Assembly: GCA_951406725.2 (NCBI GenBank)
Contig: OX597814.1
Coordinates: forward strand, 134,416,001 to 134,480,000
Length of the DNA stretch: 64,000 bases
Direction: 5' to 3'
Source of the DNA: Octopus vulgaris
Lineage: Eukaryota
Positions 1-36,348 of this stretch are shown here, piece by piece. Within the stretch, counting starts at the first letter, position 1; each line of letters starts with the position of its first letter. The position numbers and the translations under genes were made by a program. The notes under the pieces were generated by a model. The model had not been told where the DNA came from and ran no database searches. It saw nothing but the letters and a program-made list of their open reading frames with translations.

Positions 1-1754
1 AGGAGAAGTCAAAGAAAACTAAGCAAGATAGTCTTGAGATATGACAAGTTCTAAGGTGCAGTGTTTGTTGACACTGTGCCTAGGAGCAAACTAGCTGATG
101 GGTTTAAGAAAACATTACATAAACAAAATTTAGAATTAAAATAACAGAATGCAGGCAAATCCATTAAATACAAATTAGAATGCCATAAACATTTAAGAAC
201 CACCATCCTTCTACATTGATAGCAGAGTTTACAAAACTAACCATATGGGTAAACTGAAAAAGAAGGAATATGGAATACCATGTGAGGTCATTGACATGAA
301 GTATAGGAATGCTACCAAAACCTATGCAGAAGCTGTTGAATCAAAGGAGCCTCTATGTGGTCACAATCTACTAGAAGTAACAGTACACTACCACCTTACA
401 AAAAAGGTCATGTTTGATTATGTGATCATAAACACACTTTCAGAAAATAAAATAGACATAATGAAATGCCTTTTAATTATAAGTCTACTTGATCAGAGCT
501 GATTTGAAGACTAAACCATGGCACATTGAAGAAACAGACCATAAATTATCTAAAATAATCAAACAATACTTCTCTGAGTACAACAAGAGAGCAGCACCTA
601 TATTCGACCAAAATGCCTTGAGAAGACTCAGCAAGCCAAGTGAGATCGTAGTCATGGTCGATGTGTTGCATAACTGGCCCGTTTAAAAGCCCCCTTCAAT
701 CGTTGGGCAATATGGTGTGCTTGTGAAGACCTGTTGAACCGAGTGAAATCATAGTTGTGGCCAATGCCAGTGCTGCCTGACTGACACATAAAAACACCGT
801 TCAAGCGTGGCCAATGCCTGTGCTGCCTGCCTGACTCCCATACCAGTGGCACGTAAAAGCACTCACTACACTCTCGAAATGGTTGACGTTAAGAAGGGCA
901 TCCAGCTGTAGAAACCTTACCACATCAGATTGGAGCCTGGTGCAGCCTCCTGGTTTGCCAGTTCTCACTCAAACTGTCCAACCCATGCCAGCATGGAAAG
1001 CAGACATTAAACGATGATGATGCCAAATACAGGACAGATCAGTAATCAACATCAAAATAAAAAAATCCTTTCTGCACACCTACACAATCTAACACACAGG
1101 TAAATCACTGAAGCAGAAACTGACTACATTGAATACAAAAGTATGTTTGGAGTAACAATTCACACTTCCATCTCCACACTCCATGATAATTATAATTATA
1201 ATACTAATGACATAGAACTACACAATGGTTAAAATGCAATGGAATACAATGTAATTGTTAGGTGTTGTGGGCAGGGCATTGAACTCATGCTTGCTAGATC
1301 AATGGTTTGATTCCTGGACTAGGCAGTGTGTTGTATTCTTAAGCAAAACACTTCATTTCACATTGCTCTGTAACTGTTTTCACATCTAACATGTGGCATA
1401 CTTTTGCAGGTGCACAAGCTATGTTGGTGTAAGAGAGGGAGTGAGCTTATGTAAATACAAACATTTGATCACTACAAGCAGATCATCTCTGTGGTTGTTC
1501 AAGCAATTGCAGAGCTGCCATCCATTGACTAATGACAGGCAAATCCATAATATAGATACTCTTATTCTTTACTCTTTTACTTGTTTCAGTCATTTGACTG
1601 CGGCCATGCTGGAGCACCGCCTTTTAGTCGAGCAAATCGACCCCGGGACTTATTCTTTGTAAGCCCAGTACTTATTCTATCGGTGAACCGCTAGGTGATG
1701 GGGACGTTAACCACCAGCATCGGTTTGTCAAGCAATGCTAGGGGGCAAACACAG

Positions 1755-1803
<49 letters not shown>

Positions 1804-2179
1804 TACGACAGGCTTCTTTCAGTTTCCGTCTACCAAATCCACTCACAAGGCATTGGTCGGCCCGGGGCTATAGCAGAAGACACTTGCCCAAGATGCCACG
1901 CAGTGGGATGAACCCGGAACCATGTGGTTGGTTAGCAAGCTACTTACCACACAGCCACTCCTGTGCCTATGTATAATTTGGAGTAACCCAATAGTGAAGT
2001 TGAACATTTTGACTGCCAGTTTAAATCTCAATGAGATTAGACTAGCAGCTGAAATGATTAAACTCACTTTCAGGCAACTTAAATAAAATACTTCAACACT
2101 ACATAGCTATGTATTGAGTACTCCTATGAATAATAATTTTTCCAGCTTCACAGCTGCAGATACACTACTTATAAATAAA

Positions 2180-2410
2180 GGCGGCAAGCTGGCAGACATG
2201 TTAGCGCGCTGGGCGAAATTCTTAGTGGTATTTCGTCTGTCGTTACGTTCTGAGTTCAAATTCCACCGAGGTCGACTTTGCCTTTCATCCTTTTGGGGTC
2301 GATAAATTAAGTACCAGTTTCTCTCACTGGGGTCGATATAATTGACTTAATCCCTTTGTCTGTCCTTGTTTGTCCCCTCTATGTTTAGCCCCTTGTGGGC
2401 AGTAAAGAAT
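2180..2410 (+). mobile_element. tRNA-derived SINE with Nin-type domain; copies at about 10923-11155(+) and 61290-61432(-)
   Basis: A/B-box-like head (tggcaga...gagttcaaattcc) plus gcctttcatcctttcggggtcgataaattaagtacc. Confidence 0.7.
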
Positions 2411-3814
2411 TATATAAATAAATATGTGTGTACACAATGAATTGTGTGAAAGGGTAGGTGTGTGAACTGAGTCTAACTGGCATGTGATTCCATGATATCT
2501 AATAAACTGTAAAAAAATCAAGAAAGAAAAATAGATGGCAATAAAAACGAAAACAACTTGAGCCTCATTGTCAACAATGTTGACAGAGCAATAAAAAGAT
2601 AGACAACCACTGCAAAATTACATATAACAAGTATGTGTATGTGTAACACAAAACGTACAGTTGTTCACATAAATGCATATACACTGTGCTTACCACCAGG
2701 AACTTCATTACAGCATTCAAGCCTCCTTCCCACACAATTCAGTGTGCTGGGGCCTAAGAGTATTTATTTCTTCATAGTAAACCTGCACTTACATAGACAA
2801 GCATTGTCTATGTAAGTTCGCCAGCATAAAATAACACTACCATCTCTGTTACAACACATGAGCATAAGCAATACTTATGCATAACTCTATACATTTCAAT
2901 GCAAAAAACAGCAAGAAAGGAATCATCATCGTCGTTTAGTGTCCGCTTTCCATGCTAGCATGGGTTGGACGGTTCAACTGGGGTCTGGGAAGCCAGAAGG
3001 CTGCACCAGGCCCAGTCTGATCTGGCAATGTTTCTACAGCTGGATGCCCTTCCTAATGCCAACCACTCTGTGAGTGTAGTGGGTGCTTTTTTACGTGCCA
3101 CCAGCACAGGTGCCAGACGAGTCTGGAAAACAGCCACGATCGGATGGTGCTTTTTACGTGGCAACAGCCACGAGCGGATGGTGCTTTTTACGTGACACCG
3201 TACAACTAGTACAATATAGTGAGGAAATCATTGACAGTTTTATGTTGAAGGACTCTAAGAAACTAACCAATAGATTAATCAGTCTGTGTTTCCTTGGTAG
3301 AATGACCCTTTCAAAGTACAATAATATCTTTTAAAGCACTGTATCTCATCGAAGAACATGTGAATCACAGATGTGCATGCACATACATGCATACTTGTTC
3401 TAATATAACTATATACTGTGCTAAAATTAAAGCTTCAGTCATTAAAGATTCTCTTAAAGTCTTTATTTCTTTAATGATTTTTAACCAATTTGGGTTAATT
3501 ATAAAATTAATATTTACTTAACCTGAACAAGACAATCAGATAAGTAAAGGAGTAATCTACTGACTCCCATATTCAAATAGATTTTTCTTTTACATTGAAG
3601 AAGAGAAATGACCAATTGTTAATGGCTCCCTAAAAGGGGGAAATAATTTCAAGAAATTAAGAATGGATCTCAAAATTAATTAACATGATTAGAGAAAGTA
3701 AAGCCTTATCTTTCCTTGTAAACTAAGGATAGGTAAGGACATGTTTCAATCTATCAGTCCTCATCTGTTTTGTACAGTCTACTCAAATCTTCTTTATCTT
3801 CAATTGATAGTGAA

Positions 3815-4130
3815 GGCGCGTGGCTTAGTGGTTAGGGCATTTGGCTCACGATTGTAAGGTCGTGAGTTCAATTCCCACCGACGCGTTGTGTCCTTGTGTA
3901 AGACACTTTATTTCACATTGCTCCAGTCCACTCAGGTGGCAAAAATGAGTTGTACCTGTATTTCAAAGGGCTGGTCTTGTCACACTCTGTATCATGATGA
4001 ATCTCCCTGAGAACTATGTTAGGGGTACACGTGTCTTGATTGCTCAGTCACTTGCACATTAGTTTCATGAGCAAGCCGTTCCATTGATCGTATCAGCTGG
4101 GACCCTCATCGTCATAACCAATGGAATGCT
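3815..4130 (+). mobile_element. tRNA-derived CORE-type SINE; related copies at about 24413-24745(+), 1800-1970(-), 5000-5170(-)
   Basis: Head ggcgcgtggcttagtggttag...gagttcaattccc followed by gtgtccttg..aagacact. Confidence 0.7.
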
Positions 4131-4500
4131 CTTATCTTCAATTGATAAAGATTTTTATATCTTTATCTTTTATCTGTTTCAGCTATTCTGGGGTATCACC
4201 TTCAGGAATTTGGGGATGAATGAAGCAACCTCAGTACTTAGTGTTTTTTTAATCTGGCACTTATTCTATCAGTCTCATTTTGCCGAACTGCTAATTTATG
4301 AGGATGTAAACAAACCAACACCAGTTGTCAAGCAGTGGTGGGTGACAAACACAGACACACACACACTTCTAGATATATATATGTATATGTGTGTGTGTTT
4401 ATATATATATGTGTGTGTGTGTTTGTTTATATATTAGCAATAAAATATCTCTGAACGCGGTATAAACAGTAGGTGCAACACATCGTGAAGTATTTTTGCC

Positions 4501-4744
4501 ATACATCAACCTAATATATATATATATATAGTGAAGTATTTTTGCCACTTAAATGTGGCTAATCCCTAAGGGTGGATGCTACTGTAGCTTGTAGCTCCAG
4601 GGGGACACCTCCTCCAGCTGGCTATTGACTGTTAGGGCACAGAAAGTGTGTCAAAAGCCAGCTGGAGGAGGTGTCCTCCTGGGGCTACAAGCTACAGTAG
4701 CATCCACCCTTAGGGATTAGCCACATTTAAGTGGCAAAAATACT

Positions 4745-4790
<46 letters not shown>

Positions 4791-4800
4791 GTTGATGTAT
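4501..4800. repeat. Near-perfect foldback (arms about 130-150 bp, 20-nt spacer)
   Basis: 4501-4629 is the reverse complement of 4650-4800 apart from (TA)n length and 3 substitutions. Confidence 0.92.
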
Positions 4801-4988
4801 AATTATTGTGGATTTTTTTTCAATATTATTCAACAAAAATAATAACAACATTTAACTAAAACATCTTTAAATGATTATTCCAGAGCATATTCACCATCTA
4901 CTTAAATTTCTACTTGGAGTTTCGTTTAAATTTTTTGTTGAGTAAAATTTATTGAAAAAAGCCACAATAATTATGCACTAACCTAATA
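4785..4988. mobile_element. Mariner-like MITE
   Basis: TATTAGGTTGATGTATAATTATTGTGG ... CCACAATAATTATGCACTAACCTAATA terminal inverted repeats. Confidence 0.75.
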
Positions 4989-5531
4989 CATACACATATA
5001 TGCAACATGCTTCTTTCAGTTTCCATCTACCAAATCCACTCACAAGGCTTTGGTCAGCCTGAAGCTATTGTAGAAGACACTTGCCCAAGGTGTCATGCAG
5101 TGGGACTGAACCCAGAACCATAATGGTTGGGAAGCAAGCTTCTTACCACACAGCCTCATCTACACCTATATTGAAAAATATTTAGGAATAAATTTTGATC
5201 TATATACATTGCAGACTTTCTTACACCTAAAAGACTTTTCTGAGCCAGTTCATTACTTTTAACATATTTCACCTTTTTCAATATGCAACACCCTCACCCA
5301 GGCAACCCAACTAGGGTCGATTGAGCTCCAGTTTGTATCCAGTTAGCACTGCCCTTTCCAGGGCTTGCACCTTCTTATCCACAATCACTTTCAGGCAACT
5401 TCTGCTGTCTTCATAGCCAACCTGATGGCCTTCCACAGCCATAGAATGGACAAAGTGAAGAAATAGTGCTTCTTAAATATTGTTATTGTACTACTTAACA
5501 GTTTTGCTTAAACAATAGATTTTCATTGCAG

Positions 5532-28286
<22,755 letters not shown>

Positions 28287-29970
28287 TAAAATGACATTAT
28301 GTTATTGTTACAAGACAATTTTTTTTATATAAACATTTACTAAATGTTATCACGGGGACAACTAGAAAAAGGAATACTCTCAAATTTAACTTTTATATAT
28401 GCAGGCTTACTCAAAAAAAATCTTTCTGTGAAATCTAAAAAAGTTTTTTTATAAAATTATATTTTTGAAACATTTAACCTCATCTTTAATAATAAAACAT
28501 TTTGTAATATTTGCAGCTACATTATATTTCAGTCAGAGTCTTATTCCTAGTTGTGTACACAGTATTGGCCTGGATTTGAGTGTTACTATTCCTTATTTTT
28601 TGGAATAAGTGTTTCTTGTTGAAATCCAGTTTGATACCAGATACATATCCAAGAATAAAATACCTGCTGATGATAAAAATTTAACCGGTTAAAATGTAGT
28701 GAAGGTATAATTATCAAAAAAAGTTTCATCACTTAGGATGAAGTTTAATAGTCTACAAAATTATAATTTTATTAACAGTAATTCATCACAAACATTTGGG
28801 CATTTGGGCATACTGGGTTTTTAACTTTTTTGTCTGGATGGGGTTTTTTTTTTCCACATTCCTTTTTTGATTATATTTGAGACGGTTAAACTAAATGACA
28901 ATTTTTTTATTTTTCATTTTTCCTACAAATAATTTGTATCATTTACAATTTACAATTAATTATTATTATATTTTATTCAACTGAATTAATTTTGAAATTC
29001 TTAAACCAATAACATTGCAGAATAAAGTTGGAGGTTGATGAAATTGGTGTGGATCTATATTAGCACAAAATATTTCAAGACATTTTGTCCAATGTGCTAG
29101 TAATTCTGCTAATCCCTCCTTTGTTACTATCCAAATTTGTTATTTTCAGGAAAATTTATTTAATTTTTCTTACAATTATATTTTCAGACCACAATTCATG
29201 TTTTAAATAAAATTTATTTTAAAAAGTATATAAGTCTACTGGATTGTTTTATTGTTAAAATTAATGAAATATTCTATCTTCATTTCATTTACGATTTTAT
29301 CATAATCTTCATTTTCTTTTCCCTATTCTTTCATATATCATTCAAATTGATCCCACTTTGGAAGAACGATGTGTTGGTGGTTGGTTCTATCTATAACACT
29401 ATAGGATCATTTGGAAATATAGATTCAAGAGAGGAATATACTGGAATTGTTTTCCAAAAGCCTTTTCCAATTACACACAAAGTCATGCTCTCAGCAATTG
29501 GTTGAGAAAGAACCACAAAGTAACTGGCCCAACAACATGGGAAACATGAACACAAATAACAAAACTCTGATTACTAGGAGACTTTTGCTACCCATAGTTC
29601 AAATAGGAAAATAAGAATTTCCTATGAGTTAATTTTCCCTTTCATCAGAATAGGATTTCTCAGATAAGTCCTGATGATACACTGGAGTATATTCACTTGC
29701 CTTCTACTTCTCTCCTTACAAAAAGTGCTTTGTAACATAAGGAATAAATTTGCTCAGTTCACATAAAATTTAACATAACTTAAATTACAAGTTACTTGGT
29801 GACCTCACTAGTGCTGATGATTGGAAAATGCATCCATTACACACTGTAAAGCAGCTGACACTAAAAAGGGTATCCAGCCATAGAAACCATACCAAAGCTG
29901 GCACTAGAGCTTGAGGCAGATCTGTTTCACTGAATCCTTTCAAACCATCTAATGCATACCAGCATGCAAT

Positions 29971-30595
29971 ATCATCATCGTTTAACGTCCGCTTTCCATG
30001 CTAGCATGGGTTGGACGGTTCAACTGGGGTCTGGGAAGCCAGGAGGCTGCACCAGGCCTAGTCTGATCTGGCAGTGTTTCTACAGCTGGATGCCCTTCCT
30101 AACGCCAACCACTCCATGAGTGTAGTGAGTGCTTTTTACGTGCCAGACGAGGCTGGCAACAGCCACGATCGGTTGGTGCTTTTTACGTGCCACCGGCACG
30201 AAGGCCAGTCAGGGTGGCACTCGCAACGGCCATGTTCAGATGGTTCTCTTACGTGCCACCGGCACTGGTATCACAACTACAATTTCCATTGATTTTGATC
30301 GATTTTGATTTCAATTTCACTTGCCTCAACAGGTCTTCGCAAGTAGAGTTTTGTGTCCCAAGAATGAAAGGTATGCATAAGCGGACTGGCTACATCCCAA
30401 GTAGAGGCCACGGGTTATGGTCTCACTTGTCCTGCCGGGTCTTCTCACGCACAGCATACTTCCAAAGGTCTCAGTCACTAGTCATTGCTTCGGTGAGACC
30501 TAATGTTCGAAGGTTGTGCTTCACCACCTCGTCCCAGGTTTTCCTGGGTTTACCTTTTCCACAGGTTCACTCAACTGCTAGGGTGTGGCACTTTT
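29971..30595 (-). mobile_element. 5'-truncated RTE-like LINE (ORF end, 3' UTR and (ATG)n tail)
   Basis: Minus strand encodes GKGKPRKTWDEVV...LWKYAVREKTRQDK* joined to the abundant ggatgcccttcctaacgccaacc 3' segment; links this repeat family to an RTE-like LINE. Confidence 0.75.
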
Positions 30596-33500
30596 ACGCA
30601 CCATGTACATTAAATAAAAATAATAACAAGAGCTACATCATCAGATTATACATAACTACAACTAAACAAATTGAGCCAGCAAGAGCTAAATGTTTTGGTC
30701 ATGGACACTATACAATGCAAGTAACAAGATATGGACTGTGGTCAGTCATAGACTGAAAACCCATAAATTTGACTGATTGAAACTTTTGTATTAGAAGGAA
30801 ACCAATTAAGTAAATAATTATGAAAAAAAACTACAAGCAAGACTTTCCACAGCATTTTGAAATATCCAGACTGATTTTTATCCTACAACACAAGTCCCCT
30901 TTTCTTTATTCGTGATTCCCTTGTTCAGAACTTGAGAGCTCTACTTAGATCAACCTGATGTCCCTACTTCTGCTATTCACTAAAATCAACATTAAATATG
31001 ACTCCCTTTTGATAACCAACTGTAGATTAACTGCCAAACCTTAATGCTTAACATTAATTGTATCAGTTTCACACACCCACTCCTCTTTACCATGAAACCT
31101 TTTCATAGTTTATGATGAAGAAGGCCTTCTGCTGGTAAGGGTGACTTCTAAAGCAGAGTAATCAAGAGTATCAGACTAGTATAATGATTCACAAAAAGCT
31201 CCTGAGATATAGCTAACTGATAATATGACAAAACCAAAAGGAATTTTATAGCACTTGAAATTTTTAACAGTTTGAATTAAAAAATATAAATATGCAGTAT
31301 TTCTATTGAAGCATCATCATCATCATTTTATGTCTGTTTTCCATGCTAGCATGGGTAGTACAGCTTAACAGGATTCAGTGAGTTAGTGGACCACATCTTG
31401 CTCCAGTATCTCATTTTTGGCATGGTTCTACAGGTAGATACCCTTCTTAACACCAATTACTTTACAGAGTGTTCTGGATATATATTATCTATGACACCAA
31501 ACACTACAGAGGTTGCCTTGTCAGCAAGGCTAAAGAGCTTTCTCGAGCCTTGTGCTGTCACTGCTCAAATCATAACCAATCACTTACAAAATGTACTGGG
31601 TAATATCTGTAACACCAGTACTATTGTGGTTGCCTTGTAGCTTTCAAAGTGAAATAGAGCATCTCATAATGGAAGAAACAGATTTATTGTGAAAGAATGA
31701 TAAAATGATAATAATAGTGGGAACAGTATTGAGGTAGGAGTAGATAGAGAAGAGGGGAACGAGGAAGAGTAATGTAAAGGAGAGGATGATAGGGCTGGTT
31801 GAGTAAGAAGGACCAGTGATGGGAAGAGTCAATCAGTCTGCCATGCCAGCATGGGTTGAACAGTTCATTAGGATCCAAAGCAGTTCTCACAGATCTATTG
31901 TTGAGAGAGGGTAGAATCAATGTTAGAGAAAAGGGCACTAGGAGGGAAAGGGAAAAGTATCATCATGGTGTTAGACAGTGAGAGGATCTTGGAAGAAGTA
32001 GGAAAAAATGTAATGCTACCCCACATTATATATGGGTGGATAAAGTAATATGTGAAAAAAAAAGACGGGAGAGGAAGATACAAGTAGTGTCGGGGGATTA
32101 GTTCGAGAGTTAGAGAGGTAAGAGTGGCAAAGAGGAGGGGAAGATATCCACATTGTATTTGGGTGGGTAGAATAGTGCAGAGAAGAGATAATAGGATGAT
32201 GAGGGGCCAAGATGTATCCTCAAGTAACTTGTCCAATAGATCATGGTGGCAGGAGAATCAGGTTGGGTAGGTAAAAGTTGCCAGAGTTACAATCCCTCCC
32301 CTCTCAATTCTCATGATTTGGGAGAAAAGAAGAAAAAAAGTTAGTAGGATATAGATGGGGGATAAATAGAAAAGGGAGACATTTAATATGCACAAATTCT
32401 GTTTATCATCCTAATTAATAAAGAAATATGATAGAATGTACACCTGTTTAAAAAGATGGAAATTAGAAGTAAGGCTATGGAGAAGAAACTTTAAAAGTAG
32501 AGATTTAAAAAACTCAATAAGTATTTCTCAAAGAATTAAGCATTCCTCAATTGAAAATCACATAATAAAATTCAGAATTTCATTACAAATGAGATGATGT
32601 CCTTTACATTTTCTTGAGTTCAAATGTGCTAATTCTCATAGCAGAACAGTTCAATAACTGAAAATGTTTGAAGAGTAAAACGTTGATATGTATAATTAAA
32701 TGGAGAACATGTTTAAGTTCATCAATAGCTGAAATATTTAATGTATGATGACATTAGGTATTGGGTGTAAGTTGGAAGAGAGCAAATAAGAGATCAATAC
32801 TTTTGAAAGTCATGTGTAAAAAGTAATAGTGAAACTTATAAGATTTTGAAGCTCACAAAAACATTGTGCCTGCACAACTTCTGTCAAGGTTCACTCAAAG
32901 AAAAATCAATTCTTTAACATGTAGCTTATACTCACTGGTTTGTATCTAAGTATTGAATGTACCTTATCAATTGTTTTCCCCTTCTAAAATAGATTTCACA
33001 CAAATTGCAGTTTATTTCTATAAGACATGTGTGATTCCTTCAACTACTTCAGAACAACTCATTAAGGAAAATAGCTATTTAGAATTACAGCACTATATCA
33101 AATAAAAATTACTCTAAATCTAAAGACAGCCTGTTACATTATATACTAATATATATATATATATATATGTTTGTGTGTGTGTGTTTAGTACCCAGTAAAG
33201 TAATTAGCAGTAAGATAAAATAACAGCATGTTGTATTATTTTCTCAAGAGTCAATGGTTCATATAGTATCACCATTGTTGTGTCTTTAGCCAAAGTACTT
33301 TACTTTTTATGACTCACTCTACCTAGCTGTAAATAGATACTATGTGTAAAACTGGAACATTTATTTAAAAGTTGCTAAGCAAATAGGCAATCTCAAGCAA
33401 TAATATTGTCAGCAAGAAATTTTATTATATTTTTGAGTCCTGCTTTAGACTAAGTGAAAGTACTATAAAATTAGCGGCTGTTAGATAGAACAGAATTCCT

Positions 33501-34431
33501 TCTATAGACTTGTGTCATAATAATTGTATTTGTATTGTTGCTCTATTTCATAATTTTTTTTTTTTTTTTTTATGCAGGAATTTTTTTAAAATCTATATAA
33601 AAAATCAGCAATGTAAAAGAATCTTTAAAAATAAAAATATATTAACATAAGCACAAGGCTTGAAATTTAGAGGAAGAGAATAGACAATTATATCAGCATC
33701 AGTATCTGACTGATACTTTATTTTATGAACTCTGAAAGAACAGAAAGCAAAGATGACCTCAGCAGGATTTGAACTTTTAGTGGCCTTATTTTCATACAAT
33801 TTTCAATATTATTACAGCATCTAAAATTTTGTTTTGTAACTAAAAATATATAATTACCATATGTTGCAAAAAATAATATATAATTACAATATGCTACAAA
33901 ATAAATTATTCAAGAAAAGAAAGCTCTGTTAATTCCAGTGTATTTCCCTATCTCCCAACAACTACAAGCACTCTACAAAGCTCAAATGAAACCTACAATG
34001 GAGTACTGCTTCCACATTTGGGATGATGCTTCTGCTACACACACACACATCTTATATCATAGCCAATGGAAGGCCACTAACTGACTGATATGAAGTTGCT
34101 CATGAACACACTCCAGCCTCTGGCTCACAAATATGCTGCCTCCTCTCTTTGTATTTTCTCCTACAACTACAGTGGCCTTAGTTTCTTGGAGCCAGCTGCT
34201 TTCCTGCCACTTTCACTCAAGCAATCCTGACCTATTCATCCCTTCACTTTCATCATCCATATTTTGTCCATCCCACCCCACAAACCACTATTCTTTCTTT
34301 ACAGAATGTTGTTCCTCTGAAAATCTTTCCCAGCACATGCTTTTTCCACCAACTATAGGGTTGCAACTGTTCGAAAGAAACATTAACCACATCTATCTCA
34401 CCTATCTTAACAATCAGTAAAGGTTGGGGAC

Positions 34432-34575
34432 CAGGGGCGGACTGAACCATTGGTCAATCAGATACTGCCTGAGGGGCCCATACTCTACATGTTAACTCTA
34501 CTAAAACACACATTCAAAGGGGCCCAGTAAACAATTATGCACCCAAGGATCCTTAATACTCTCAGTTTACCCCTG
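34432..34575. mobile_element. hAT-type MITE
   Basis: CAGGGGCGGACTGA ... TCAGTTTACCCCTG with 8-bp TSD TTGGGGAC/TTGGGGAT. Confidence 0.75.
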
Positions 34576-35452
34576 TTGGGGATACACTCCTTCCCCTAGA
34601 TTGAGCCAAGAAATTTTTTTAATGACCTTGAGAACTTTCTGCAATAAGGACATAATAATCTAATCTTTTTCAACCAATAGTCACTACACATATCATTTAT
34701 TATTTCTCTTTTGTTCATATTTTACTCTTATATTCATAAACAGATAATTATTTTATTGAAATTTATGTCCCATTTGAAACAGTTTTCATTTAATAAATCT
34801 TCAAAAATTTCGCTTTAAAATTTTCAAGTGTTGTAGTGAAACATCATCATCATCATCATCATCGTCGTCGTCATCCTTGAACATCTGTTTTCCATGCTAG
34901 CATGGTTTGACCAGAGAGCTGCACCAGGTTCCAGTTTAATTTGGTTTGGTTTTAATGGTGAATGTACTTCCTAATGCCAACCACTTTACACTGTGTGCTG
35001 GGTGCTTTTAATGTGGCACTGGCACGAGCACTTTTAAATGGTAGCAGCATAGATAATTTTCATGTGGCACCAGCAGGACTCTTGCTGGCCAATCTACTTC
35101 ACTAACAAGGGGATGCAGCCTTAACACTTCTGTTGTGAAGGACAGGTCTCCTTAAGTACAGCAAGGCACCAGGTATCTCGGTAGTTTGTCATCTCATTTG
35201 AAAGGTTCAGTGTTCTGAGGTCATCTTTCAGTACTTCATCCCATGTTTTCCTGGGTTTACCTCTTCCATAAGTTCCATCCACTTTGAATGAGGAACATTT
35301 CTATATGGAGCTGTCAGCATCCATCCACATTACATGACCTTACACTTGTTGAATATTGTTGAAGAAATATTGTTGTGGTGCACCTGAGCACTGTATACAA
35401 TAATTTCATTATTATTATTATTATTTTATTTAAATAGAAAGCTGAATATTAA

Positions 35453-35930
35453 AAATAATAATGAAATTATTGTATACAGTGCTCAGGTGCACCACAACTT
35501 GTCAAAAGTGCGTATAAAGCATGTGCCTTAATGTACAAATGTCTGGGAAGTGAACAGTGTATGAGTCAGATACATGCTTGCGTGTGTATGGAGGAGAAAA
35601 TCAGGTGTAGTGTTGGCGAATCTCAGGAAGCATGGAAGTTTTGAAGGATGCAGTGCTCCGACAACTAACAACTGATGCCGGCAGTTTGTTCCATGCTTCA
35701 GCAACTCTCAGCGTGAAAAAATGTTTCCTAAAGTCATGGGAGCTGTGCTGTTTTCTGACTTTGTAAATATGTCCATGGGTGTTAGACGGGTGGAGTTTGA
35801 AAAGGTGCTCAGAGTTATTGTTTGTAAGATGGTTCAATAATTTTATGGGTGTCTGCCAAGTCAGCTGCCAGACGTCGGAGTTTCAATTGTGTCCATGCCC
35901 AGGGAAGTAAGGCGTTCAGAATATGATAAA
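35453..35930 (-). mobile_element. CR1/L2-group LINE 3' fragment with (ATT)n tail
   Basis: ORF end [33 protein letters not shown]. Confidence 0.8.
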
Positions 35931-36227
35931 TATAAAAAATATTACCAAATATAAACAGCTTAACAATAGATATGTTCTCCTTCCCTGTGCAATTAGTAGT
36001 ATAATGAAATTTTCCGGTGATACATTTTAGATGGTGCAGATTAGAGTTAAAATTTTACAGAAGAAAGGCGTTTCAGATAATTCATACAATTTGTTTAGTT
36101 TAAGTGAATCAATTTCAAGGGAGACAACTATCATGTACTTCGCTTGAAATCGTAGAGAAGGAAATATTTGAAGTAAACACCGTAACACGTTACGTGAATC
36201 ATTTCCTTTCTCTATTTTATTATCGCA

Positions 36228-36348
36228 ATGGCGCTTACTACAGATGCTGATGAACTAAAAGTGCAATCAGATTTGCTAAATCCAAATTTTGACGGTTACA
36301 AATTATCTCTGGAGCCTTTACCAACATATAAAACTAATTTGGAAACAG
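36228..36348 (+). CDS. NUDCD1: NUDCD1 exon 1 ([32 protein letters not shown]...)
   Basis: gcaATGgcg ... G|gtaaaa. Confidence 0.92.

Noticed and set aside
1-640. ORFs 245-502 and 489-686 (KEYGIPCE...)
   Set aside because: Possibly a decayed GIY-YIG/Penelope fragment but too degenerate to call; not AGXT2 exon 1
3815-3880. tRNA-like sequence
   Set aside because: SINE head continuing into the SINE body; acceptor stem not intact
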